This document shows positions 11,401-24,241 of a DNA stretch of 64,000 nt, in pieces; positions within the stretch are counted from its first letter, which is position 1; each line of letters starts with the position of its first letter. The DNA is taken from assembly GCF_011745625.1 (NCBI RefSeq), contig NW_027191481.1, positions 62,001 to 126,000 on the forward strand, in the 5' to 3' direction. The notes beneath the pieces are model-generated. The model had not been told where the DNA came from, did not search any database, and worked only from the letters and a program-made list of their open reading frames with translations. The stretch is from Cladosporium halotolerans (taxonomy: Eukaryota). The translations under genes and the position numbers were made by a program.

Positions 11401-13067
11401 TCAGCAAAGAAGTCTGAATGCACGTAATCGAGTTCTTGAGGCGGTTGAGGCATTGTGCCATTCGGCGCCGACTCCATAGCTGCATCGTTCGCCTTCTGTT
11501 GTTCGATCAGTTTGGGCAGTTGGGCCAGAATCATCTCGACAGCAAGATCCCAACTCTGCCACAGCGGGTGGTTGTGTGTATCGGGTATCTCTGGATGCGA
11601 TTGTGGATGGCAGTGATATATGCGCATGACTCTTTGGGCAAGCAAGAAGTTTCTGAAGAGCGCGGCGACCATCAAGTCTTGTCTGAACAACTTCTTGAAC
11701 AAAGGTTTATCGAGACAGTTCCAGGCGATCGTATCGGTGATGGCCGTGAAGATCCAGTTCAATTCTCCAAGGGGCGTTCTACGCTCGCTGACCTTTCCTG
11801 GGATGTCTCGTGCCTGCGCTAGTGTGATCCCAGAGGTCGATGGCAGGGGATTCTGTAGCATGAAGAAGCGGACTGCCATGGTGATCGGCGTGGTCAGACA
11901 ACTCGTGAATATATCTGCGGGCAGATTCGGGTTCGTAGGGAGGTTCTCGTTCTCACGGCAAGCGGCTAGGTGGATGCTGTCTTCCCATCGGATTGTAGGC
12001 TGTTGCTGTGCGCGGTTGGGATCTCTCTTCAGCGCTTCCTGCTGATTGACGATGTGTTTCTGTGCGCCCTCCAAGAATCCGTTTATGATTCCCCCGGCCG
12101 CACTGCAATCCCACACCCAAAGACCCGGCGCGCCTACCCAGTCTTGGAGATCGTACAGGCTGATGGGGATGTACTGAGTGTAGCTCCTATTAAAACACCA
12201 CACTTCTCCACTCTGGGTAGGTTTGGGGACGCCGTGGCCGTTGTAGTGGAATAGTAAGCGCTCCGCGTGCGCCGTGCGACGCAATGATGTTGTGTATTTC
12301 TTAAGCTCTTCGATCGTCGGGTCTAGAACGACTTTATATCGTGTTCTCAGAGAGAGACTCTCGTATTGCGACTGCAAGTTCTTGCCGATCTGCGCGTTGC
12401 TGTTGTTCGTCGAGCTCTGATTAGTGCTGTCGGGCGGGATGGGCTCGACCCAGCATTGCAGTCTCGCGCAGGGGTTGGTCTTGATCACGTCGGGTGGGTC
12501 GACGCCGACGTTCAGACACACTGCGAGGATCGCGGAGACGGTCTTCAAGCGATCCTTCATCCTCCATTCCGACACGATGTTCTTGGGGTCGAATCCAGGA
12601 GGCGGGTTACCTGCTGTTTCATGTCGCTTGTCTTCAAAATACATGAAGAACGTCTGACTGAGCAGATTCGCCTGCTCGGGGCTCTCGAGCTGCGCCTCCC
12701 AGCCGTGTCGCATGCGCAGCTTGCCGTCCTTGTCCTTTCCGTCGTCCGTCGTCCTGCTGTCCCTCGTAGCAAGGGACCTCCGCGACATTTCACTCGTCGC
12801 GCGCGACATGTTAGGCCTCCGGTGTGCGCGACCGTTGGCGCGTGGCAGATGCAGACCGTCGTCATCGTCGGAACCGCTATCCGGGTTGTGCAGAGAGCTG
12901 CCGTTGGAGGCGAGAGGCCGGCGTGGCGAGGAGGTCTGCGACGAATATGTGCCTTCTTCCAGGCCGGAGGGGAGCAGGTTCTCGAGTACGGGCTGCGGGT
13001 GCTTGGATCGGTGGCCGTCCTTGGTCTCGTAGTCCGGCAGCATGCCGGTGGTGGCTCCTCGCGTCAT
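8472..13067 (-). CDS. KOG1: Raptor / TORC1 subunit Kog1 (Mip1), 1531 aa, apparently intronless
   Basis: Raptor N-terminal conserved domain ('WRMKDRLKTVSAILAVCLNVGVDPPD', 'LFHYNGHGVPKPT', 'PPEQLPIVLQVLLSQVHRLRAL'), central HEAT repeats, C-terminal WD40 repeats ('AFHPHRMMLAC'). Confidence 0.97.
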   Translation of the reverse strand: MTRGATTGMLPDYETKDGHRSKHPQPVLENLLPSGLEEGTYSSQTSSPRRPLASNGSSLHNPDSGSDDDDGLHLPRANGRAHRRPNMSRATSEMSRRSLATRDSRTTDDGKDKDGKLRMRHGWEAQLESPEQANLLSQTFFMYFEDKRHETAGNPPPGFDPKNIVSEWRMKDRLKTVSAILAVCLNVGVDPPDVIKTNPCARLQCWVEPIPPDSTNQSSTNNSNAQIGKNLQSQYESLSLRTRYKVVLDPTIEELKKYTTSLRRTAHAERLLFHYNGHGVPKPTQSGEVWCFNRSYTQYIPISLYDLQDWVGAPGLWVWDCSAAGGIINGFLEGAQKHIVNQQEALKRDPNRAQQQPTIRWEDSIHLAACRENENLPTNPNLPADIFTSCLTTPITMAVRFFMLQNPLPSTSGITLAQARDIPGKVSERRTPLGELNWIFTAITDTIAWNCLDKPLFKKLFRQDLMVAALFRNFLLAQRVMRIYHCHPQSHPEIPDTHNHPLWQSWDLAVEMILAQLPKLIEQQKANDAAMESAPNGTMPQPPQELDYVHSDFFADQLSAFEVYLSSAPANAGAAGYAKPPEQLPIVLQVLLSQVHRLRALILLSKFLDLGPWAVNLALSIGIFPYVLKLLQSQAIELKPPMVFIWARILAVDQSCQGDLLKDSGYTYFTAILNNAIGMPIGNVAEHRAMCAFVIAMFCKDFRPGKAAVLESNPEIIESCLGHILDMENPLLRQFACLCLSHLWRDYPPAKAAGMAQQAHARVRDRSHDPVPEVRAACLDALTSFVATGDIDAATMLEEETLASVVVAMGMDGSIMVRKELVVFYSTFIKRYESRFIVAAWEQLNEEREAKVGGGKEDGPAQPDNASAHEGANGVNGSRSVHHRTTSTAASDASVATNNAAKQADVSKNTIYRAVWRQTLSMSADPHPEVAQNASIVVDYVVNALLESPLGGYANKILDELLLEGLKGDQLTLSGMDVLARQRSRDLGRPQTPPSPATPTSTNKDGYFGLSRTASVAAAMKSFVGWGSASKQSNDSSTPPSPTAHRGSVSSHDHPHDYASYRSRPLAPADAALLPPDALDNVNGPPHQPMAKIPPSPNLVVRDATKPPEIPLKSNFFTWSASYFREPQMRPSEEDEPGSLDYNERLWRRNRNDKIISGTQPMKEAAGIQRWDVPCGYFGIGAAPMKMLFHQFEHHLVTSDDRDSIAVWDWKEARQLCRFSNGNPPRSRVTELRFINEDDQAMLMTGSSDGVIKIYKHYEDVAKIELASSFRALSDLVTSDSQNAGLVFDWQQGQGRILVAGDDRVIRVWQAGHELCISDIPARSGSCITSLTSDQVEGNVFVAGFGNGSVRAYDQRLGPRDSMIMDWVNRAHDHRSWIVGAHLQRGGARELITAESNGGVRLWDIRMRGAVASLPGNPRLPRNLRALSVHEHAPVFATGGADHTIRVYNTALKHLSSFEPYMSYLRMSATPRSAPITATAFHPHRMMLACGAVNDGHVNLFKCEAGAGEEGKGVRDAGAGAGVGIVEEWRE

Positions 13068-14938
13068 GTCGGAGGGCGGATCAATTCGAGGTGGTCAGCG
13101 CGGCGCACGAGAGCGTGTCCCGTGTCCGCTCTTGCGGGTGCATCGAATGCGGGCTCGAGAGAAGGAGGTGGGGAGTGCGTGTGCGTGTGCGGGTGAGTGG
13201 GTGGTCTGCGGCGGCGCGCAGGAAGTGAAGGGCTCAGCGGGTTGGCTGTCTGCAAGCGTGCGACAGAGTGAGCAGCGTCCCAAGCCGCGGTGGTGATGCA
13301 GCACTCAGACATGCGGGCGCGGTGGGAGTAAGCGCAAGCCTAAGGCAGAGAGCCCAGGCACGCGGGTCGGCCCCAGGAAAGGCGGGAGGCGTGAGCGAAG
13401 GCTGGGGCCGCGAAGTCTTGGGACGACGCCGGGGGTGCGAGGTGAAGGGTGGGTGAATGGGCACGAAAATCACGGTTGGTGTTACCTGCATTGCTACGAA
13501 TGCTCGAATGGGACAGGTCTCTTGCGCAAGCGAGATAGCCGCAGCCAAAACACCAAGGCGCACGCCGCACAATGGGCAGGCCGCCTTCGCCTTCGCCTGC
13601 GCTCACACGCAACGCCGTCACCATCTCACGCCCTCCGCCAGTTCAAGCACCTGTCGCGAAAGGAGCGGCACGTCGCTTGGCCTGCCGATTGGCTGCATGT
13701 GCCATGGTCGGTTTGGCAGCGCGGAAGCCGGTCGTGCGCCAACTACCTTCGGCCTGCCTCGGTGGTGCGATGGGCCAGGCACCGCTGGCCAGCTGTAGGA
13801 GGGAGTTGTGAAAGCCCAGGTGAATTTCCCGTCGCTCGATGCGCCGTCCTGGCAGCAGCCCATCGCGTGCCCACAGCATGTACTGCACTGCACTGTACGT
13901 GCCCACAGCCGCAAGGTGCAGCCGCCGGCTGGTGATGGTGATAGGGCGGCGGGCGGAGACGCGATGATCGGCACGGCTCCGGCGCCAGGAAGGCTTGCAG
14001 ATTCCCCCTACATGGGCCGTGGCTAAACTCGTCTCAGGCTTCGGGCTGACGGCCAGGCAATAATCACCACCACCACATCCACCACCCTCCGCCTCGCCTG
14101 CCCTCGTTGCAGGTTGATGGGCGCGTAATTACATAGACCGCTCCGACACTGCAGTCGTCATCACCATCACCACCACCACGACGCTCTTCGGCTCGCCGTG
14201 CGTGCGTCCGTCGACTCGGGCGCTGCTCCGGGGCAACAGACCGCAACTCATGTCGCCCGTGGCCGCCGTGTCGCCCTCCACCGGCGCGCTGACGCGGAGG
14301 CTGCGGGCGTGCTGTGCTGTTGCTCTCCTAGCGGCGCCGGCAGCCCTTCTCGAATCACGCCCGCCGTGGCCCGCTGCAGACGAGCGGCGCCAGAGTGCCC
14401 ACGCTTGCCCTACCGGCCACATAGCCAAGGCCTGCTCCTCGCAAGCCCGCCCTTGTCTCTCCCCCCCGTAGTTTGGCAGTTGCTCGAAACGCCAAACATT
14501 ATTTTTTGCCCCGTCCGCCTGCCCTGCCCTGCCGTGTCTGCCTCACCGCGCCTCCAATCCGACCTGTATCCCACGTCCCGCGTGCCTCGCCCGTCCTCGC
14601 GCCTGTTTGCTGCACGTTAGAGTGCTAGAGTGCTAGAGTGCTCGGGACGGGATAGCGCCGCTTGATCTCCCAGCTTGCCGGGAGTCGGGGGGTTCTTGGG
14701 AAAGAAGCACCTCATTCCTCAGCCTCCTGCTGCTGCCGCTGCCACCAGGCCACCGCTCTGCCCTACGCCCTCTCCATCCTCCTCTGCCACCGCGACAGAG
14801 CGCGAGCACCCGCCTCTGCCGCACTGCGCCGCCTGAGCACTCCCTCCCACAGCCTATGCCCGCGCCCTCGCCCTCGCTGCGTCCCTCTGCTTCGGCCGCG
14901 CCCGACGGCGCCTCGCACCCCATCGAGCCCGCGCAATA

Positions 14939-17900
14939 ATGTCTTTCCTCTTCAAGTCCAGCAAGAAGGCCGGAGCCTCGCAGGTCCCCAATGCCTTGCC
15001 GCCTGCCTCGCGCGACATTCGCTCGTCCGACGGGCCCCAGAGCCAAATCCCCACCCTCAATGGCGCCCCAAACGGCGCGAAGTCGCCCACACCCGCCGGC
15101 AGCGCAAGCGGCAGCTTGAACTCGCTTGCCTCGGAAAAACTTGGGATGAGAAGTCCGCCGCCCGGCGAGGAGAGACCGGTTCCGGGAGATCTGTCCCGCG
15201 GACAGGTTGCGCCTGTCGCGGACCAACGCGTGCGCAACATGAGCCAGGACGATGTGAGTTTCCGCAAGGTTGCGAATAGCCTGCATGCGACAGATGGGAC
15301 GAATGCTGACAATGAGACGACACAGCCTCAGAGACTCGCCATGCAAAGCCGGACACCGCCTCCAACAGATAACTCGTCGCCGTACCCGTGGTCGCAGCGC
15401 CGGCTGAACTTCACCGTTTCGCACACGAATCCTTTCCCAAGATATGGCGCCGCTGTCAACGCGACGTCGAGTAGAGACGGTTCTATATATCTGATGGGCG
15501 GCTTGATCAATGGAAGCACGGTCAAGGGCGACTTGTGGATGTGCGAGACTGGGCCTGGCAACATGTCTTGCTACCCGGTTGCGACCACTTCTGAGGGTCC
15601 AGGGCCTAGAGTTGGCCACGCAAGTTTGCTTGTCGGCAACGCATTCATCGTTTTCGGAGGTGACACAAAGATGGACGAAGGAGATGTTCTGGACGACACC
15701 TTATATTTGCTCAATACATGTGAGGATCTCGCGGAGTCGCAAATCAGGCTTCGAATCAGGCTGACATCGAACAGCAACCAAACAGTGGTCACGCGCCCTT
15801 CCTGCAGGGCCCCGTCCACCGGGACGCTACGGACATACACTGAACATTCTAGGAAGCAAGCTCTACATTTTCGGCGGCCAAGTCGAAGGCTACTTTTTCA
15901 ACGATCTAGTCGCATTTGACTTGAACGCTTTACAACAGGCCAGCAACAGGTGGGAAGTGCTGATTCAGAACACCATTGACGGCGGACCACCCCACGGTCA
16001 GATCCCGCCTGCCCGAACGAACCACACCATGATCACATGGGGCGACAGACTTTACCTGTGAGTGGCACGCTCGCGCGATTGGCACGTGGAATTCTTACTA
16101 ACCCTCACTCAGGTTCGGCGGCACTGACGGCGTCACATGGTTCAACGACGTCTGGTCCTACTACCCTCACACTAATTCGTGGACTCAGCTCGAATGCATC
16201 GGATACATCCCATCAGCACGTGAAGGCCACGCGGCAGCCCTGGTCGGAGATGTGATGTACGTCTTTGGTGGACGGACCGAAGATGGAAACGATCTCGGCG
16301 ATCTAGCGGCTTTCCGCATCTCATCGCGACGCTGGTATACTTTCCAGAACATGGGACCCAGCCCCAGCCCGCGATCAGGCCATAGCATGACCACAGTCGG
16401 CAAGCAAATCGTCGTCCTGGCCGGTGAGCCTAGCAGCGCGCCCAGAGACCCCGTCGAACTGGGCATGGCATACCTCCTGGATACGAGCAAGATCCGATAT
16501 CCGCCAGACAGCGCAAGCCAGACTCCTACAAACGAGCGCGTCCAGGGCCATCGTCGCCCCAGCGGAGAGAAGAGCGGCGTTCCCGTTGTCGCCGCAAACG
16601 GTCGCAGTCAACCGCGCGAGCTCATGGAGCGCGAGCGAGCAAACAGCGATGCACGTGCTCGGAGTGAGAGCAACTCAAGATTGCCAAGACCTGGCCATAC
16701 AAGTCAGCTGCCTGCGCCTTCTGGCCCGCCGCCTCAGACACAGCCGCCTCAGCCTAAGGTGAACGGTATGGTGGCAGCAAGGCAGCCTTCCCGGCCAGAA
16801 CGCGCGCTCAGTCCCACCATGGAGCAAGAGCGTGCTCGCAATTTCGAAGATCGCAACATGACAAAGTCTCCCACGAACAACCTGGCCCTGGCGCAGGAGA
16901 CGCGCTTGCCAATGTCGCCCACCTTTGATGAACCAGGGCAGAGCTACATGGAGGCCGCACGACAGAAGCCTGAGACATATCAGCCCTCACAGGAGACTTC
17001 GGGCCATATGTCGCGATCCTCCTCGAGAAATCAGTCGTCGACATCGATCAATGCAGACCGCAACCAGGGATCTGCTCTGGGCAACGTGGACCGCTTCGAC
17101 GACACTCCCCGCGAGTCTATCGACCAGATCGTGACAAATGGACCCAAATCTAAGGAGGTCGCTCAGAAGGCTGTCGATGCGCCCCAGGACTCTGGAATCG
17201 GATCGTCGCCCGCCCTGACTCAGCAGTACGATGAGCTGCACAAAGAACTCGAGAAAATGAAGCAGAAGAATGCCTGGTACGCTTCCGAGCTTGCAATTGC
17301 TAGAAAGGCAGGCTACCAGACGCGTTCGACCGACTCACCGGTCATGGACGAGCGCTCTGCAGACGTCTTCAGCGAGGACGACAAGCCGCTCATTGAAGCC
17401 CTGTTGAAGATGCGCAGCGAACTCGCTCGCATGCAGGAGACGATCGACGAGCAGAGCAAGAGCGCCTCGGCTAGGATTTCGGAAATGGAGAGGCAGCGCG
17501 ATACTGCCATCAACGAGGCCGTCTTTGCCAAAGCGAGACTTGCGGGCCACGGATCGCCTCAGCCTGACAAGGAGGGCGCGCGCGGCACGCCTGATCACGA
17601 GAGGAACAACGACCTCAACAAGCGCCTCGCTTCATCGATCGCCGCTCACAATGCTCTCAACGGCAAGCTGGAAAGCTTGACGCGGGATGCGGAGCTCGAG
17701 AGGCGAGCCAGGCAGCTGGCGGAGGAGACCGCGGACGCGGCGCAGAAGCGTGTCACGGAGCTGGACATGCGCCACCAGCAGCTTTCTTCCGAGATCGAGG
17801 GCCTGCGCTCCGAACTTCACGAGACGCAGACTCAGCACCGCGATGTCTCGGCCAACCATGCTGAGATCCTCACTCAGCACAGGCTTCTCACTGTTGACAG

Positions 17901-19722
17901 GGACGAGCTTCACGGGAAATATCAGAACACTTTGACCGAGACGGAGAATCACACCACCATCCTTGCGGGCCTGCATGCAGCCGTCGCTGCCTCGACCGAG
18001 AAGGCGCAATCGCTCGAATCGAAGCTCGAATCGGAGAGAGGAGCTCGCGCAGAGCTGGACGAGAAGCTCAGGCACCTGCGCAAGGAACACGAAGAGCGGA
18101 CTTCCGAGCTGGACGAGGCCACCCGCCGCTTGCAAGACGCGGAGGAGATGGCCGAGAAGCACGCCAAGGAAGCAGAGTCCCACCGCGCCGTCGTACTGGC
18201 TGGCTTCGGAAAGGTGACCGAGCGCGGCGGCTCGCAAGACGTGAACGACGAGCGCGTTGCCATTCTGCAGCAGCAGCTCGAGTCTGCCAACGCTATGGTG
18301 CGCCAGAACCAGGCTGCCGCCGATTCCGCGTTTGAGAAACTCAGGCGTGCCGAGGAGCGCATCGCTGGCCTCGAGGCGTACCAGGAGCAGGCCAGCCGCG
18401 AGGGCCTCAACATCCGCAAGCAGCTGCAGTCTCACCTCCGCGACGTGCAGACCATGACGGCGGAGAAGTCCGAGCTGGAGCAGAAGCTGCAAGGCCAGAT
18501 GCTTGAGACGAACGCGCTTGCCGTGCAGCACGGCGCGCTGAAGGACATCCTGGCGGAGCGCGGTATCAACCCTGCGGACGTCCGCCGCTCGAGGGCCGTC
18601 GACTCCCCCAGCAGCATGTCGCGCTTCAGCACGCCCGACCTCCACCGCGTCCGCGAGCTCGAGCAGCAGCTCGAAGCCAGCCTGAAGAGCCACGACGAGA
18701 TGAAGACGCAGTTCGAGGACGTGTCGGAGCGCGACGAGAAGATGAAGCGCGAGTACGAGGAGAAGCTCACCGCGCTGGACAACGACCACCAGGCTGCGGT
18801 CAAGTACCTGCGCGGCACGGAGAAGATGCTGTCCAAGATGAAGCAGGAGCTGCAACGCGTTAAGAACGAGAACGGCGACCTGCGCAAGAAGACAGAGAAG
18901 CTCCGCGGCGACGGCGACCGCGGCTCCCCCGACGGCCCCGCCGCCGACTGGGAGACGGAGCGCGACAGCCTCAAGAAGGAAGTCTCCGACATCCAAACCA
19001 AGCTCAACACCTCCGTCACCGACCTCGAAGCCCGAATCGCCGCCCTGCAAACCCAGCTCCGCGCCGCCGAATCCGACCTCGAAACCTCCCGCTCCACCCA
19101 CGCCTCCTCCCAATCCTCCCTCGCCGCCCTGCAGACCACCCACGCGCAGTCCCGCGCCGACCTCGACCGCCTGCAGGCCGAGAACGCCGCGCTCGACGCC
19201 CGCGCCCGCGACGCAGAGAACAAAGTCCAGCTCCTCCTCGACCAGGTCGAGCACAGCGTCGACAACTACCGCCGGCAGTCGCGCCTCGACGACGCCGCCG
19301 CAGCCGCCACGCCCGTGCCCAACGGCCACTCGCGCACGCCCTCCGCCGCCACCACCGCCGACGACCCGGACACGCCCACGGGCCCCAGCACCTCTTACAC
19401 CGGCGGCGGACCAGGCCACGCGCGCAGCACCTCCGACGGCGGCCTGAGCATCGCTTCAACCACGCCCTCCCAGGCCGAGGGCCGCAACAGCCTCGCGCTC
19501 GACAGCCTGGCCTCCGAGCTCGAGACGCTGCGCTCGCACTGGGAGACGACGAACAAGAACTACCGCCTCAGCGAGAAGTTCGATTTCGAGCGTGGGACGG
19601 CTGCTGCTGGCGCCTCGGGGGCTGCTGGCGGCGGGCTGGCGAGCTGGAGGAGGGGGTTGGATTTGGGGGATGAGATGGAGGAGAGTCGGCCGGGGACGGC
19701 GCAGGGGCCGCCGGGGAGGTGA
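14939..19722 (+). CDS. Kelch-repeat and coiled-coil cell polarity protein, Kel1/Tea1 (TeaA) family (introns 15254-15325, 15720-15774, 16058-16112)
   Basis: Kelch repeats ('PFPRYGAA..IYLMGGL', 'GPGPRVGHASLLVGNAFIVFGGD', 'PSPRSGHSM') join in frame across canonical introns. Long coiled coil; C-terminal 'LDSLASELETLRSHWE'. Confidence 0.9.
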
Positions 19723-20617
19723 GGGGTGTTCGGTTTGAGGACTTCTTTTTCGGGGGAGGGGGTTAATCTTCTCTTCATACATTTTTGTCTTCTTCGGGAC
19801 GGATGGGCGTTTGGGGATGGACGATGGGTTTCTTCTTTTTTTTTTTTTTAACTTTCGCACGGCAGGGCGGAAAAGCAAGGACGAGGACGAGAAGGAGAAG
19901 GCTGAAAGCAAAGCCGGCACGGGGCAGTTGCCGGAGATCGAAGGTCTCTCGGTGTGTCAAGAAGCTTGGGACGGAAACGGGGTGTGGCGTGGCGACTGGT
20001 TGTACTATAGCCCTGGCCTTTTTTTTCTTCTTTGATTCCCTCTTTTGAGAGTGAGTGTGACTGTGAGTGTGAGCATATACCCTTTTGATTGAGGCTGTGT
20101 ATCCCTTTTTCTACAACCACTCCTCGGTTTCGAGGTTTCCTTTTCCCAGTCTCTTTTCTTTGTCGTCTGAGTAGTAGGTGAGCTGTTCATGATCACTGCT
20201 TTCACTAATCGTGAACTGACGACTGCTGATCGGTGAATCGCCAGGTCCCATCGCAGACGTCGCAAAATCGCAGATACCTTGCGCTGACGTCCCAACATCG
20301 GAACTAAACGCCGCTCATCCGAAAGTCTGCTAATAAGTCACATCCAGGTGCTACCTCATACTCAAGAGCTTTGATGACCTCGCAAGGCTAGCCGCAGAGA
20401 GCTAGCTTCGGCGCGAACCTTGTGCGTCCTCTGGTACGCCGTTGTGACAACTCAAGCAGGCCACAGGCTGCTCTGGGGATGATATGATGTCCCCGAACTA
20501 CCTGACTACATCTAGATGAAATGTAGCTCGCAAGACTAGCCCTCGTCAGAGGGTGTACGCCTGCAACAACTGCAAGCCAAGACGACCGCGGCTGACCGTG
20601 ACCAAGACGCGCCTGGG

Positions 20618-22225
20618 ATGGTCAATCCAGGTCATCGCAGCCGGGGCTGCTTCGCTTGTCGACGACAGAAGGTCAAGTGCGATGAAGGTCAGGGTGCCCT
20701 GATATTCGCCGACTTCACATATCGAAGCTGATCCGTAGAGCGTAAGCACACCCGACATGCCGACGATGCTCCACGCGCGGCCGCGTCTGCAAATGGCCAG
20801 ACGTCTCGTCGAAGTTCTTCTCCATGAACGACTGGGCGCACCGAAAGGTCGAGAGCGAGGCCAGGGATGCAGGGGTCGAAGGGGCCTGCGGCCAAGCGAC
20901 GCAGGAGGGTGTCCTGGATGCTGCTGTTTTGTGGAGCCCCGATGCGCCTCTCTATCAGATCACCTTGGCGCCGGCGACGGATTGGAAGAGTGCTTCCATC
21001 GCGCCGTTCTTCGACCGCTTCGTCGTTCAGCCGGATGTCCTGGGCACGACGTGGGGGTATATGTCTGGCCTGCCTGGCATATTCGAGTCCGGGCCGGTTT
21101 ACCTCAAGCATGCTGTAGAGGCGGCCGCTGCGGCTCACCTGGCCAATGTCGGTGGACTTCAAGCACTCGGACGGATCGCAGCGCGGTCGTACGGGAAGTC
21201 GCTAGATTTGATTCGAAAGGGCCTGGGTGAGACTGGATCTCTCGACCCTTGCTCTGTGCTGATGGCTGTGACGACGCTCGTTCTCTATGAGGTCGGTAGA
21301 ACTCACATCATTGTGTTGACACTCGCTGAACATGACACAGTCCATCTCCGGCATCGGCCCCCCAAAAGACATGTTCAAAGCGCACGCACACGGCCAAGCG
21401 TCTCTCATGCAACTCTGCCTCATGCGCAACAAAGCCGTGCAAGCCTCGCCCACGAGCCAGGACATCGTGGGCACGGTAAACCGCACTCTGCTCTCTCGCG
21501 ATCTCGAACATGCCGGCGGTCCGCCGCTGGGGACATACCACTGGAGCGACACGACCTACCGAAGCTGGCTGGACGAAGCTGCAACGCGTGTGACCGCTCT
21601 GGCGGCACGAGCGTGCGCTCATTGGCGTGGTCTCCATGACGAGGACTGTGGCCTGACGGAGCGATGGCATCGCGTGCGGAGATGCTGGAACGCCCTCGAG
21701 TCCACGCATCAGCTCATCGAGACATACTATGACTCTGCTCCTCCGCAGTGGAGATGGCAGGTAGGCGAGTCCAACGTGGCAGCTGCGTATCCACCACGAC
21801 TAGACGTATATCCAACCCCAGTCACCGCCCACCTGTGGAATGCCATCCGATACGCCCATCTCCACGTTCTGCAGAAGATGCTCCAGACTCAAGACTTGAT
21901 CCGAACCTTGCAGAAACCACCCCATTCGAGAGGAGAGCTGATCGACCTGACCACGCAGGCGCGGTCCGACTTACACGATCGATTCACAGATATCCTCGGC
22001 GACATGGCCTCATCCGCGCACGTCGTCATGGAAGGCACGTGTCTGTGGATGGATCCCGGTTGCATTCCGCTCATGAACCAGCAGTTTCTCCTCTGGCAGC
22101 TGCAGAAGGTTTACAATCACATCGATCTTCCGGGTCATGTGCGGGACTGGGTGACGGAGGTTTGTCGGCGGATTGGGAGGGGTGGGTCTATTCGACAGGG
22201 TTTTTTGGTTGATTCTGCGAAGTGA
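20618..22225 (+). CDS. Zn(II)2Cys6 fungal transcription factor (introns 20688-20746, 21292-21340)
   Basis: ATG 20618 gives 'MVNPGHRSRGCFACRRQKVKCDE'; after splicing 'AHPTCRRCSTRGRVCKWP' completes the six-Cys cluster, in frame with ORF 20824. The second intron links to ORF 21332-22225. Confidence 0.8.
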
Positions 22226-22732
22226 GGTTGGCGATTGTGCTAGTTATGCTAGAGTACTGTGTATCATTATAGTATTCTGAGAAGTCAAAACTTCAAGGAC
22301 GAGCTGATGTTGGCGATTGGTGGTGAAACAACTCAGGAATGTGAATATAGTACCGTCGACTTCACAATCGATCATTTCTGCAAGCTAGCACCGGAAGGAG
22401 GTGTTCCCTTCAAGGTCACCCCTACAGCATGCATCGGCCTCTTCGTTTGAACGCCGTGAGAGCGGGCTTACTGTACATGTGCATTTTGGGTTTGGTTGCC
22501 GATCGAAACGCTTGAGGTGCCGAGTTCCATCTTAGCGACGACCCAATCATTTACTCTAACATTACTTTGGCAACTACCATCTGTCTAGATATCAGATGCA
22601 TTCGAATCCACTGAGACATACTGGCGCTCATGTCCGGATCGTTTCCTGGATCAAGTGTGCGATTACGGCGCGTCTTGCTCATTCCCTCGGTGTGACTTAG
22701 CCCCGCAGCCGTCTCGGCTATATCGACTGGAC

Positions 22733-24241
22733 ATGAGACGACCCTCGTTCTTCAAGAAGACAGAATCTAGTGGTGAGGAGCTAGAGCGTGCGGAAGTCGT
22801 CGAGTTCGCTCTCGATACGACTGCAGAAAGCTGCAATGAAGTTGCCATCGACGACCCTCCCGATGGAGGATATGGCTGGGTGGTTTGCGGCGCGGTCTCT
22901 GTGATCAATGGGTTTACTTGGGGTGTTGCTGCTGTACGTGACACTTCTTCTATCCATAAGAGAGGAAATGCTCTCTAATTCACATCACCAGTCCTACGGC
23001 GTATACCTTTCCTACTACCTCACAAGCAACACCTTCCCCACCGGTACGCCCCTCGACTACGCCTTCATCGGCGGCCTCATCTTCGGCTGCGCCATGCTCT
23101 TCTCCCCCCTCTGGACAGTTCTAACTCGCGACCTCGGCCGTCGCCCCGTAATGGCCTTCGGCAGCCTCCTCATGTCCGCCGGCTTCATCGCCGCCTCCTT
23201 CGCCACCCGCCCCTGGCACCTCTACCTCTCCCAAGGCGCCGCAGCCGGCACCGGCATTGGCGCCATCTTCATCCCCAGCGTCCAAGTCGTCCCGCAATGG
23301 TTCTTGCGCCGCCGCAGCCTAGCCGGCGGCCTCGCGAGCGCCGGCAGCGGCTTCGGCGGCCTGGCTTTCGCCCTCGCGACCGACGCTCTCATCCGGCGCG
23401 TTTCCCTCGCCTGGGCCCTGCGCGTCACGGGCCTCGTCTGCCTCGCCGCCAACCTCGCCGCGACGATGCTGATTCGCGACCGCAACGCCGCCATCAAACC
23501 GCCCCAGCTAGGCTTCGCCACCCACCTGCTCCGCCGCTACGACTGCCTTCTCCTCCTCGCCTGGGCTTTCACGAACGTCCTCGGCTACATCGTCATCCTG
23601 TACAGCGTGTCCTCGCACGCGGTGGAAGTCGCGGGGCTGACGCAGAAGCAGGCCGGGGTGCTGACGGCGGTGCTGAATTTGGGGACAGGGCTGGGACGGC
23701 CGGCGGCGGGCTTGCTGTCGGATCGGTTTGGGCGGGTGCCGGTCGCGGCGGGCATTACGCTGGGGTGCAGTGTGAGCGTGTTCGCGGTTTGGGTGCCGGC
23801 GACGGGGTTCGGGGTGCTGGTGTTCTTTGCGCTGGTCAGTGGGGCGATTCTGGGGGTTTATTGGATGTATGTCGTCTCCCTCTCTCCCCCTTCTGGCTGT
23901 CTTCTGAACTTTCTGGAGAAGAGCTTGCTGATCGAACGTGTAGGTGCGTCGGCCCCCTTTGTGCCGAAGTCGCGGGCCTGAAGGAGGTGCCGTCGTTTCT
24001 CTCGTTGCAGTGGCTGACGGTGGTGCTGCCGACGACTTTCAGCGAAGTCATCGCGCTGTACCTGCGGAAGCCTGCGATGGGTCGGTGGAGTTACTTACAC
24101 GCGCAGCTGTTCGCCGGGATAGCCTATCTCGTGGCGGCTGCGTTTCTGTTTGAGCTGTGGCGGGTGAAGAGGGCTGAGAAGCTCGACGATGGGAGAACGA
24201 TGGGGCGAGCGGGGGAATGGATGTATAGGTATCGGCCTTGA
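22733..24241 (+). CDS. MFS transporter, monocarboxylate permease homologue (MCH-like) (introns 22934-22991, 23867-23943)
   Basis: 'PPDGGYGWVV', 'SYGVYLSYY', 'LYLSQG', 'PQWFLRRRSLAGG', 'SDRFGR'; about 12 hydrophobic segments. Confidence 0.9.

Noticed and set aside
19830..20160. Poly-T/poly-A and GT-rich tracts (also about 37850-38050 and 38790-38945)
   Set aside because: Ordinary 3' UTR low-complexity sequence; no retroelement hallmarks.
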